From assembly GCA_027062035.1 (NCBI GenBank), contig JAMOUL010000219.1:1-35603 (forward strand): a DNA stretch of 35,603 bases. The letters are read 5' to 3'. Of the stretch, positions 18,225 through 25,595 are shown in pieces. The first letter of the stretch is position 1. Each line of letters begins with the position of its first letter. The notes beneath the pieces were generated by a model, which was not told the origin of the DNA, ran no database searches, and saw only the letters and a program-made list of their open reading frames with translations. The position numbers were made by a program, and so were the translations under genes. This DNA is from Candidatus Aminicenantes bacterium (GTDB taxonomy: Bacteria; Acidobacteriota; Aminicenantia; S016-38).

Positions 18225-19538
18225 TTAGACTGCTTCCACCTTTTCCTTAAAGGTAATGCCCAGTTCTTCCAGTTCCTTGAGGGCTGGTTCGTAAATTTCC
18301 TTTGCCACCGGAATCATAACTCCCCTGGCGCTTATCTTTCCATCAAAGATCATTTTTACACCAATTGCAGCCGGGAGAGAAACTGTCTGGGCAATGGATG
18401 TCTCCTGTCCGTAAATTCCGAAGTCCACGAGGAGGGAAGTGTGTTTTTCCTTTTTTCCACCTGGAAATTCCGCTTCTATCTTATGGAGGAGAATATCCAT
18501 ATCCCTTTCCCCTCTTTTATATTGCATTTTACTCCAGAGAAGGTCCACAAGGAGATCCAGTGGTGATATCCTGTCCTTTTCTACTTTTTTATCGGAGAGT
18601 AGGCCAATCCATTTAAGTTTTTCAATTTCCTCTTCTCCAGCATTATATTTGTCCATAAGGACCTTCTCTATTTCATCTTCATTGCAGCCAAGGATGCTGG
18701 CTGTGAATGCCCTATAGGTTCCCCCTGCCGATTTCTCTTCATCGCTGAGATATCCCATCCTTGAAATTACTGCCCATAGTCTGGACCATCCAGGATACCG
18801 GATTGTTCCCCTGAACATTGTTTTTGCATCTTCTATCCCATATAGTTTCATATAAGGGATGGAGTCCCTGTTGGGATAATACTCCATTTCACCCACTCCC
18901 TCGATTTCAAGGGGCCAGTGGTTGAGAAAAAGTTCTTCTCCCGGGACCTCGATTATTTTGCCATCCTCCATAAACCTTGCAGAGTTTCTTCCTGCCATGG
19001 CTACTCCCTTGGGTGACCAGCCGAATTTGTACCTCAAAGGATTGTCAGCTGCTTCTGGAGCAGGTAGGGCACCACAATAAGAACGGAAGGCAGTAACCTT
19101 TCCACCCCTTGCCTTTATATCGTCTATTATTTTCATGGCGGACATGTGGTCTATACCCGGGTCCAGACCGAGTTCGTTAAGGAAAATAAGGTCTTTTTTC
19201 TTTGCCTCTTCATCAAGTGCCTGCATTTCGGGTTTAACATAAGATGTGGTTACCAGATGTTTCCTGTGTTTGAGGCATGCCTTTGCTACCTTAAGATGGT
19301 AGGTATAAGGAAGAAGGCTTACCACCACGTCAGCCCATTGCACGAGCATGTCAAGGGCACCATCGTTATCCACGGTCCATGGAAATGCCCGTCCTTTTGA
19401 GTTGCCCTTGATTAGAGCTTCGGCCTTGGAAACCGTTCTTGAGGCTACCGTTACTTCTATCCCCTCATGTTCGAGGAGATACCTGACCATAGGCCTTGAT
19501 ACAAGGCCTGCTCCGAGGATCAATACTTTTTTCATCAT
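18225..19538 (-). CDS. Saccharopine dehydrogenase (SDH/saccharopine reductase-like, homologous to the C-terminal half of AASS)
   Basis: 'KKVLILGAGLVSRP', 'ELGLDPGIDHM', 'CGALPAPEAADNPLRYKFGWSPKGV' and 'YPNRDS' are present. Confidence 0.88.
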   Translation of the reverse strand: MMKKVLILGAGLVSRPMVRYLLEHEGIEVTVASRTVSKAEALIKGNSKGRAFPWTVDNDGALDMLVQWADVVVSLLPYTYHLKVAKACLKHRKHLVTTSYVKPEMQALDEEAKKKDLIFLNELGLDPGIDHMSAMKIIDDIKARGGKVTAFRSYCGALPAPEAADNPLRYKFGWSPKGVAMAGRNSARFMEDGKIIEVPGEELFLNHWPLEIEGVGEMEYYPNRDSIPYMKLYGIEDAKTMFRGTIRYPGWSRLWAVISRMGYLSDEEKSAGGTYRAFTASILGCNEDEIEKVLMDKYNAGEEEIEKLKWIGLLSDKKVEKDRISPLDLLVDLLWSKMQYKRGERDMDILLHKIEAEFPGGKKEKHTSLLVDFGIYGQETSIAQTVSLPAAIGVKMIFDGKISARGVMIPVAKEIYEPALKELEELGITFKEKVEAV

Positions 19539-20824
19539 TCCACTCCTTTTATAAATTTTTCTAAATATTTGTAGTCCGGTGTTAATTCACCCCTGTATAC
19601 AATTACAGCCCTTTTTAGCTCAGGGGGTAAACTGAGCTCTTCGAAGGGAACACTATAGTCAGCTGAAGCAACGTGGGGCAGGAATCCTTTGAGTACATGA
19701 CTGAAATAAATGGAAGCTTCCCTGGGAAGTTCCGATGGAAGTATATCAACCGCGAGAATAAGGGGACCCTTTCCTGTGAAGGCCGCAACCGGTGCGTCCT
19801 TTTCTACATCGTAAATAAATACCGGGTCCCCGGGTTCTGTGCACTTTACTGTAGCCTCCACAGCACCTTCTATATCGCAGCTAATATCTCCGATAACCTT
19901 GAGTTTTGGATTGTCGAGATAAAGTTCCTTTAAAGCTTTTTTTGTAACCAGTCGTGGGTATTTTTCTTCCCAGTATATCGCATTTATAAGGATGGTCAGG
20001 AAGGGAATATATTTGCCAAATATTCCCCTGTATTTGTGGGGATTATGGTAGTAATCCTGAAGATCGAATTTCCCCTCAATGGGTTCTACCATATGCCATT
20101 CCTTAAATACAACTTTATAAACGGTAGTGGGGTCAGGAGGAAGATGGAACACTTCCTCTGGTTCAACCTCCTTTACAGGAAGAAGATCAATTATTTCCTG
20201 GGCTCCTCTGGAAACATTTCCATAACCTGCGATTCCTATAACAAAGGGCTGGAGTTCGTCCGGTAAGCCCCTTTCCCTGATTTCTTCACTCACCCTTTTA
20301 ATTTCCTCCTTTGCTTCATCCAGAGAAGAATACTCGTGGGCCGGTTTAATTCTTTCGAATGGAGTTTCCATCCCCTCTTCCCTTAAGCGTTGCCCGAAAG
20401 CCCAGAGGGTGTCAATGGCACCTGCATATCCGGCAAAATTACCGAAGAAAATCAGTCTCCTTCCATTTTCATCTGTTATTTTTTCATAGTCTATAAGGGT
20501 GGTTTTTAGTTCAAGAAGTCTTTTCAGCATGGGCATATTATGGGGTTGTCCCTTTATAACATGAGCGAAGTACATATATACCTTTTCAGGAAGAAGCTTG
20601 GCAGGGGGAATTTCCTTAACTCCCAGAATTATATCCGCGCCTGAAAGGTCTTCATTTATTTCCGCCCCTGCTTTTTCATATTCCGAGTCAGGGAAAACCC
20701 TTATGGGAGATGGTTGGACTATAAATTTAAAACCCTTTTCTTTAAGTGCCTTTACATCTTCTGGAACAAGTGGGACCCTCTTTTCCCATATGCTTTTGTC
20801 CTCTCTTCTTATACCTATAACCAT
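19535..20824 (-). CDS. Lysine-ketoglutarate reductase-like protein (AlaDH/PNT fold, homologous to the N-terminal half of AASS)
   Basis: 'IGIRREDKSIWEKRVPLVPEDV', 'FAHVIKGQPHNMPML', 'LIDYEKITDENGRRL' and 'GYGNVSRGAQEI' are present. The stop overlaps the SDH start (ATGA, 19535-19538). AGGAGG lies 5 nt before the ATG. Confidence 0.85.
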   Translation of the reverse strand: MVIGIRREDKSIWEKRVPLVPEDVKALKEKGFKFIVQPSPIRVFPDSEYEKAGAEINEDLSGADIILGVKEIPPAKLLPEKVYMYFAHVIKGQPHNMPMLKRLLELKTTLIDYEKITDENGRRLIFFGNFAGYAGAIDTLWAFGQRLREEGMETPFERIKPAHEYSSLDEAKEEIKRVSEEIRERGLPDELQPFVIGIAGYGNVSRGAQEIIDLLPVKEVEPEEVFHLPPDPTTVYKVVFKEWHMVEPIEGKFDLQDYYHNPHKYRGIFGKYIPFLTILINAIYWEEKYPRLVTKKALKELYLDNPKLKVIGDISCDIEGAVEATVKCTEPGDPVFIYDVEKDAPVAAFTGKGPLILAVDILPSELPREASIYFSHVLKGFLPHVASADYSVPFEELSLPPELKRAVIVYRGELTPDYKYLEKFIKGVE

Positions 20825-20853
20825 GGGAGCCTCCTACCTTTTTTCGGATATTC

Positions 20854-20883
20854 AGATTACCAGAGGCACCCCGGAATAGTCAA
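20854..20883 (-). promoter_or_regulatory. Candidate promoter of the LKR-SDH operon
   Basis: On the minus strand: TTGACT (20878-20883), then an 18-nt spacer, then TAATCT (20854-20859), about 30 nt upstream of ATG 20824. Confidence 0.35.
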
Positions 20884-20893
20884 GTAAATGAAA

Positions 20894-20941
20894 TCACCCG
20901 GGGGTCTGTCCCTAAATTCACCCGGGGGTCTGTCCCTAAAT
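20894..20941. repeat. Perfect tandem direct repeat, 2 x 24 bp (TCACCCGGGGGTCTGTCCCTAAAT), carrying the dispersed core GGGTCTGTCCC
   Basis: The units are 20894-20917 and 20918-20941, and they are identical. The cores are at 20902-20912 and 20926-20936. Confidence 0.95.
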
Positions 20942-20946
20942 TGTCC

Positions 20947-21978
20947 TCAGTCTGTGCAAATAAGTTCTTTCACATGACGAAGCTCTTCCAGAATTCCCTG
21001 TGTTATATACTCTATGATCTCCCGAACACTCATTTCCCTGTCCACGAGACCAACGCTCTGGCCTGCCATAAGCGAACCCCGCTCTACATCTCCTTCCTGA
21101 ACAGCCCTTCTCAGTGCTCCCACCCAGAATTTTTCCACTTCGTACTGGGCTTCTATCTGGGAAATTTCTCCCTTCTTTATCTGTTCCAGAAGCTTTATCT
21201 GGAGTTCAGAGAACTCATCCATGCCCTTGTTTCTTATTGCCCTGACAGGAACAACACGCAGTGCCTGATGAAACTGTGGAGTGGCCACTGCTTCTCTTGC
21301 CTTGGCCTTTATATATCTCTTTTTGAACTCTGGATGTGCATTACTTTCCTTTGAAACCGCAAAGATAGTACCCATCTGGATTCCCGATGCTCCGGCGAGG
21401 AGGAGGTGGGCAGCCATCGCTCCCGTGGCTATACCTCCTGCCGTGAAAATGGGGACCCTATCTCTAAATTTAAAGAGAACCTGTTGAAGAAGTACTACAA
21501 GGGACACGTATCCCACGTGGCCTCCAGCTTCGTTTCCTTCCAGAATGAGAGCGTCTATACCGCGAGAAATTAACCTTCTTGCACTTCCCTCGTTAGAGGC
21601 GAAGGCTATGGTTTTTGCTCCGGTTTCCTTCACCGCTGCTATGTCTTTATCCATGGGGAAATTTCCGGCAAAAATCACAAAGTCCACCTTCTTCTCCTTT
21701 ACAACTTCCAGGTGCTTTTTATAATTGGGAGCTATAACTATAAGATTTACGCCAAATGGTTTATCTGTGATGGACCTTATTTTATCGATTTCGTTTGCCA
21801 GCCACTCCGCAGGACTATTTCCCCCTGCAAGCACTCCAAATCCTCCTGCCTCGCTTACTGCGGATACCAGGGTGTGGTCAGAAATCCAGGTCATAGCCCC
21901 GGAAATTATTGGATATTCCACCCCCAGGAAATCCTTACCCCTTTTCCATAGTTTTTCCAGTAATTCTTTCTCTTCCAT
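20947..21978 (-). CDS. NAD(P)H-dependent flavin oxidoreductase, nitronate monooxygenase/FabK-like
   Basis: 'YPIISGAMTWIS', 'GGFGVLAGG' and 'TAGGIATG' are present. Start ATG 21978 (MEEKELLE...) was chosen over 22035 because a consensus promoter sits immediately upstream of it. Confidence 0.82.
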   Translation of the reverse strand: MEEKELLEKLWKRGKDFLGVEYPIISGAMTWISDHTLVSAVSEAGGFGVLAGGNSPAEWLANEIDKIRSITDKPFGVNLIVIAPNYKKHLEVVKEKKVDFVIFAGNFPMDKDIAAVKETGAKTIAFASNEGSARRLISRGIDALILEGNEAGGHVGYVSLVVLLQQVLFKFRDRVPIFTAGGIATGAMAAHLLLAGASGIQMGTIFAVSKESNAHPEFKKRYIKAKAREAVATPQFHQALRVVPVRAIRNKGMDEFSELQIKLLEQIKKGEISQIEAQYEVEKFWVGALRRAVQEGDVERGSLMAGQSVGLVDREMSVREIIEYITQGILEELRHVKELICTD

Positions 21979-21985
21979 GGGAATT

Positions 21986-22014
21986 ATTTTAAGGCATGCT
22001 AAATAAAATGTCAA
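21986..22014 (-). promoter_or_regulatory. Consensus sigma70 promoter for the FabK-like gene (leaderless geometry)
   Basis: On the minus strand: TTGACA (22009-22014), then a 17-nt spacer, then TAAAAT (21986-21991), then 7 nt, then ATG 21978. Confidence 0.6.
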
Positions 22015-22035
22015 AGTTCTGAAAGTCTTCAACAA

Positions 22036-22044
22036 TGGTATGAT
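22036..22044 (+). promoter_or_regulatory. Extended -10 element for the ECF T/A operon (leaderless geometry)
   Basis: TGgTATGAT (22036-22044), then 6 nt, then GTG 22051. No SD is present. Confidence 0.4.
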
Positions 22045-22050
22045 ATTCTT

Positions 22051-22599
22051 GTGGCATTTAAGGAAAGACTGCTTTTTTTAATATACCTGGGCGTACTCAT
22101 TTTCCTTTCTATTACGAGAATGTGGGAACCCATTCTGGTGGTTTTTATTCTTTGTTTGCCATTAATCTCCATTAAAAAGCTGGGCCCTATAATCGGACTT
22201 CTTTTTGTTGTTTCTGTTCCGTATTTAGCCTGGGGGTACACCAGGGGAGAAATGCCACTTTACTGGTTTGGCCTCTTTAATCTGAGAGCTCTTGCCATGT
22301 TTTCTTTTACAATGGCCTTTTTTTCCATAATTAATCCTTTCAGGGCTCTTTCCTTTTCAAGAACCTTTTCAATGGTACTTTCTCTCTCCTACGCTCAATA
22401 TATGTCCTTTTCCAGAACCTTTAAATCCTTTTCCCAGGCACTTCGCTCAAGGACTGTTAAAAAACGACTTGGAAAAAGCTTTTCTTCCTATGCAGGTGCA
22501 GTGTTTAAATATTTTTTGGATCTCTCTGAGAGACGTTCTAATGAAGTAACACAGGCTTTAAAATCAAGGGGGTTTTATGTTCAAAATAGAGGAAGTTAA
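22051..22599 (+). CDS. ECF-transporter transmembrane (T) component, CbiQ-like, unusually short (182 aa)
   Basis: The protein has multiple TM helices and two Arg-containing coupling-helix motifs, 'ALRSRTV' and 'ALKSRGF'. It overlaps the downstream ATPase gene. Confidence 0.65.
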   Translation: MAFKERLLFLIYLGVLIFLSITRMWEPILVVFILCLPLISIKKLGPIIGLLFVVSVPYLAWGYTRGEMPLYWFGLFNLRALAMFSFTMAFFSIINPFRALSFSRTFSMVLSLSYAQYMSFSRTFKSFSQALRSRTVKKRLGKSFSSYAGAVFKYFLDLSERRSNEVTQALKSRGFYVQNRGS

Positions 22600-23347
22600 T
22601 TTTTCATATGGAAGGGACAGGACGGCTCTGGTAGATATTACCCTGGAGGTTAGCAGGGGTGAAAGGATAGTGCTTTTAGGGGGGAACGGTTGCGGAAAGA
22701 CAACCCTTTTGAAACTTATGGATGGATTGATATTTCCAGACAGAGGAAGGATTCTATGGAATGGTCATCCGCTTACCAGAAAGAATTTGAAACACATGGA
22801 GAAGGAATTTAGACAGAGGGTGGCGTTTCTTTTTCAGGATGTAGAGGCGATGCTTTTTAATCCAACAGTATGGGATGAACTGGCATTTGCCCCCAGACAG
22901 CTCGAGCTTTCAGATGTGGAAGATAGGGTGGAAAAATGGGGGAAGAGACTGGGAGTACATGAGATATTCAAAAGACATCCCGGAGAGTTAAGTATAGGAG
23001 AAAAGAAAAAGGTAGCCCTCGCCTCGTTGCTTGTTCTTGAGCCAGAGGTATTGCTTCTTGATGAGCCCCTTTCCAATCTGGATCCCCGTAGTACTGGGGA
23101 GGTGATAGATCTTTTGTGGGAACTGGGGGTAACCACGGTTACTGCCACACAAAACCTGAGTCTTGCACCTGAATTGGGTGATAGGGCTGTTCTTATTTCA
23201 GAGGGACACAGAATAATTTATCAGGGTGAATTTGACCCTCTTCTGGAGGATGAAAAACTTCTTCTTGAAGCTAATTTATTGCACATGCACCGTCACCGTC
23301 ATGACGGTAAAATTCACCGCCATTTTCATCCCCACGATTGGGAATAA
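22577..23347 (+). CDS. ECF/ABC transporter ATP-binding protein (CbiO/EcfA-like) with a His-rich C-terminal tail
   Basis: Walker A 'GGNGCGKTTLLK', signature 'LSIGEKKKVALA' and Walker B 'VLLLDEP' are present. The tail is 'HMHRHRHDGKIHRHFHPHDWE'. Confidence 0.88.
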   Translation: MFKIEEVNFSYGRDRTALVDITLEVSRGERIVLLGGNGCGKTTLLKLMDGLIFPDRGRILWNGHPLTRKNLKHMEKEFRQRVAFLFQDVEAMLFNPTVWDELAFAPRQLELSDVEDRVEKWGKRLGVHEIFKRHPGELSIGEKKKVALASLLVLEPEVLLLDEPLSNLDPRSTGEVIDLLWELGVTTVTATQNLSLAPELGDRAVLISEGHRIIYQGEFDPLLEDEKLLLEANLLHMHRHRHDGKIHRHFHPHDWE

Positions 23348-23354
23348 CCCGGAA

Positions 23355-23365
23355 GGGACAGACCC
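23355..23365. repeat. Copy of the dispersed core GGGACAGACCC (followed by CTGAT), 8 nt after the ABC ATPase stop
   Basis: This is an exact 11-mer match to the family at 20902, 20926, 25388, 25430 and 26432. Confidence 0.85.
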
Positions 23366-23382
23366 CTGATAGGTCTACAGGG

Positions 23383-23410
23383 TTGACTTTTAAGAATTCT
23401 CTGGTAAAAT
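23383..23410 (+). promoter_or_regulatory. Candidate promoter for the tRNA-Gln/tRNA-Glu pair
   Basis: TTGACT (23383-23388), then a 16-nt spacer, then TAAAAT (23405-23410). tRNA position 1 lies 13 nt downstream. Confidence 0.55.
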
Positions 23411-23422
23411 TAAATACTGCAC

Positions 23423-23497
23423 TGGGAAGTCGTCCAACTGGCAGGACAGCGGACTCTGGATCCGCGAATCGGGGTTCGAATCCCTGCTTCCCAGCCA
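23423..23497 (+). tRNA. tRNA-Gln (anticodon CTG), CCA encoded
   Basis: It was folded by hand. The acceptor is TGGGAAG/CTTCCCA (U1-A72, as in bacterial tRNA-Gln) and the D stem is GTCC/GGAC. The anticodon stem is GCGGA/TCCGC with loop CTCTGGA. The T arm is CGGGG-TTCGAAT-CCCTG, followed by G-CCA. Confidence 0.92.
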
Positions 23498-23502
23498 TAA
23501 GC

Positions 23503-23578
23503 GGGGCTATCGTCTAGGGGCCAAGGACAGATGGTTCTCAGCCATCAGACCCGGGTTCAAATCCCGGTAGCCCTGCCA
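23503..23578 (+). tRNA. tRNA-Glu (anticodon CTC), CCA encoded
   Basis: The acceptor is GGGGCTA/TAGCCCT (G1-U72 wobble). The D arm TCGTCTAGGGGCCAAGGAC is very similar to E. coli tRNA-Glu. The anticodon stem is GATGG/CCATC with loop TTCTCAG. The T arm is CCGGG-TTCAAAT-CCCGG. Confidence 0.9.
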
Positions 23579-24656
23579 TTTTCTTATAACAGGCTTCCCC
23601 CACTTTCAGGAGCATCGTGGCATAGGAACCTGGAGGCAACATAAAACTCAAAATTAGCGCTTTTTTTCCTGGAAATAGTTCGTCCTCCACCACATGCCCC
23701 TTGAAATCCTTAGCCTGAACAAAGGTTTTGCGTGGAATAGAACGAAATTTAAAATCCAGTTCCTTTATCCTGAGCTTTTCAATTCCCTTTTCCTGAAGGA
23801 TTCTGGAGTACAGTTGAAGTGAGTGATCATCATTTCCCATTGTTGGTAATTCTTCAGGAGAATATCCTATTTTGCATGCCAGTTTTTCACCTGCTACCTT
23901 TAAATAGAATTGAGCCTCCTTTTCCAGTTTGCGGCTCAATAGGAGGTTCCAGTAATATGACTGCACTGCAGTTAAAATAATAGTAAGAAGCCCCCTGGGG
24001 AAAGCTCCCCATGCTTCCAGAAAACTTCCTCCTTCCTTTAGCTTCCTGAATACAGGCTTAAACTGACCAGGGACTAAATTCTCCAGTTGTTCCCAGTTCC
24101 TCCAGTTCTCTTTTACGTATTTTTTAAGGTCCTTCATTGAGGCTGAATCGGTATTTCTAAGATTGGTCATGTAAAGAAAAAGGGCTTTTTCTGCTTCTCC
24201 TTTTAATATCATTTCTCCTATTAATCCTTCGTTTGTCCTCGACCCGAATCTCTGCTCGTCGAAATAATTAGGGAAACCCCTGGCGGCTTCTGCAATAGCT
24301 TCCAGAAGCGCCGGGTTGGATATGTCCCTGACCTTTATAAGAAAATGATTTCCTTCTATATCTGATGGTCCCAGTTCTCCCCACCAGTAACCGATTTTTT
24401 GGATGAGAAAACCATTACCCTTTATTACAGGGTAATCCTGAAGTGAAGTTCCATACTGAACGGACAGGGAATGTTTGTCTTTGAGACCGGCATGTTTAAT
24501 TTCTATGCCATACTTCATTCTCACATAGGAAAGAAGTTCAAGGGTAGACCATCCCCTTTTTTCTATCCTGTATAGAACATATTTTCCGCTTTTGGATGGT
24601 TGTAATTTAAGGATTTCCTTTACTATAAAGTCTTCTGGTTTTACTTTTATTTTCAC
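23538..24656 (-). CDS. truD: tRNA pseudouridine(13) synthase TruD
   Basis: 'MKIKVKPEDFIVKE' and 'AGLKDKHSLSVQ' (catalytic Asp region) are present. The length and pattern are typical of TruD. The last 41 nt of the CDS are antisense to tRNA-Glu. Confidence 0.85.
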   Translation of the reverse strand: MKIKVKPEDFIVKEILKLQPSKSGKYVLYRIEKRGWSTLELLSYVRMKYGIEIKHAGLKDKHSLSVQYGTSLQDYPVIKGNGFLIQKIGYWWGELGPSDIEGNHFLIKVRDISNPALLEAIAEAARGFPNYFDEQRFGSRTNEGLIGEMILKGEAEKALFLYMTNLRNTDSASMKDLKKYVKENWRNWEQLENLVPGQFKPVFRKLKEGGSFLEAWGAFPRGLLTIILTAVQSYYWNLLLSRKLEKEAQFYLKVAGEKLACKIGYSPEELPTMGNDDHSLQLYSRILQEKGIEKLRIKELDFKFRSIPRKTFVQAKDFKGHVVEDELFPGKKALILSFMLPPGSYATMLLKVGEACYKKMAGLPGFEPGSDG

Positions 24657-24674
24657 AATTAGATTATATACGCC

Positions 24675-25331
24675 TCATAGAAATTTTCTACTTTGCTGGA
24701 GAAACTCCAGCCATTTTTCGAACCCTTCCCCTGTTTTGGACGAAAGAGGGAATATTTTCATTTCGGGATTAACGTTTTTTATGTTTTCCTCCAGTTTTTC
24801 CAGGGAGATATCCAGGTGTGGAAGAAGGTCTGTTTTGGAAATTATAGTAACCTGAGATACCTTGAAGGCAAGTGGATACTTCAGGGGTTTGTCTTCTCCT
24901 TCTGTAACACTGAGAACTACCACATTGTAATGGGCCCCCACATCAAATTCGGCCGGACACACAAGATTGCCTATATTTTCAACAAAGAGAATATCTGTAT
25001 CTTCTATGCCCATTTCATGAATTGCCGTTGCTATCCATGGCGCTTCTAAATGGCAATCTCCTCCAAAGGGCCCTGTGTTGATCTGATAAGTTTTAACACC
25101 AAGGGCTGCCATCCTTTCTGCATCAAGGGTGGTTTGAATGTCGCCTTCTATGACAGCAATTTTATATTCAGGAAGTTCCCTGACAGTTCTTTCTATTATG
25201 GTGGTTTTTCCTGAGCCAGGAGAGCTCATGAGATTAATGTAAAGTACACCTTTTTCTTTCAAATTCATTTTGAGTTCTTCAGCTGCCTTTTCAGTGTGCT
25301 CGAGAATTTTTTTCATTACTTTTATTTCCAT
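24675..25331 (-). CDS. hypB: Hydrogenase nickel incorporation GTPase HypB
   Basis: P-loop 'SSPGSGKTT', metal site 'GGDCHLEA', 'ENIGNLVCPAEFD' and 'SKTDLL' are present. Start ATG 25331 lies 5 nt after GGAGG; the ORF track start at 25358 lacks an SD. Confidence 0.9.
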   Translation of the reverse strand: MEIKVMKKILEHTEKAAEELKMNLKEKGVLYINLMSSPGSGKTTIIERTVRELPEYKIAVIEGDIQTTLDAERMAALGVKTYQINTGPFGGDCHLEAPWIATAIHEMGIEDTDILFVENIGNLVCPAEFDVGAHYNVVVLSVTEGEDKPLKYPLAFKVSQVTIISKTDLLPHLDISLEKLEENIKNVNPEMKIFPLSSKTGEGFEKWLEFLQQSRKFL

Positions 25332-25386
25332 AATTGCCTCCAGAGGATTTATTGGCACATAAATTTTATCATGTTATTTCATTTCA

Positions 25387-25398
25387 GGGGACAGACCC
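25387..25398. repeat. Copy of the dispersed core (G)GGGACAGACCC
   Basis: Exact core at 25388-25398, in the context TCAGGGGACAGACCCT. Confidence 0.85.
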
Positions 25399-25424
25399 TT
25401 TTTGTCAACAGCATTTGGTTTAAT

Positions 25425-25441
25425 AATCAGGGACAGACCCT
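25425..25441. repeat. Left arm of a perfect 17-bp inverted repeat AATCAGGGACAGACCCT (contains the dispersed core)
   Basis: It is the exact reverse complement of 26431-26447. Confidence 0.9.
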
Positions 25442-25595
25442 ATTATGAAGCACAAAAGAAAAAAAAGATTTTTCAACAATTTTTTTTAACAGATCGATAA
25501 AAAATTATATTTTATTCTGCTATTTCCCCGGGGAAAAGGATTAGAATACTATTTTTTGTAGACTTTTCCCTTGCTTAAATTTTGTGTTTATCTCA

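Noticed and set aside
20894-20941. Possible CRISPR array, because of the identical direct repeats.
   Set aside because: There are only two units, they are directly adjacent with no spacers, the unit is 24 bp, and no cas genes are nearby. It is classified instead as a tandem of the dispersed repeat family.
23271-23498. A 75-aa minus-strand ORF ('MAGKQGFEPRFADPESAVLP...').
   Set aside because: It is the antisense translation of tRNA-Gln and the intergenic repeat. 'GFEP' peptides are the usual artefact of T-arm antisense sequence.
25445-25489. A 14-codon ORF (MKHKRKKRFFNNFF) immediately after a repeat copy.
   Set aside because: It is a product of the A8/T8 homopolymer runs in an AT-rich spacer, and it has no SD.
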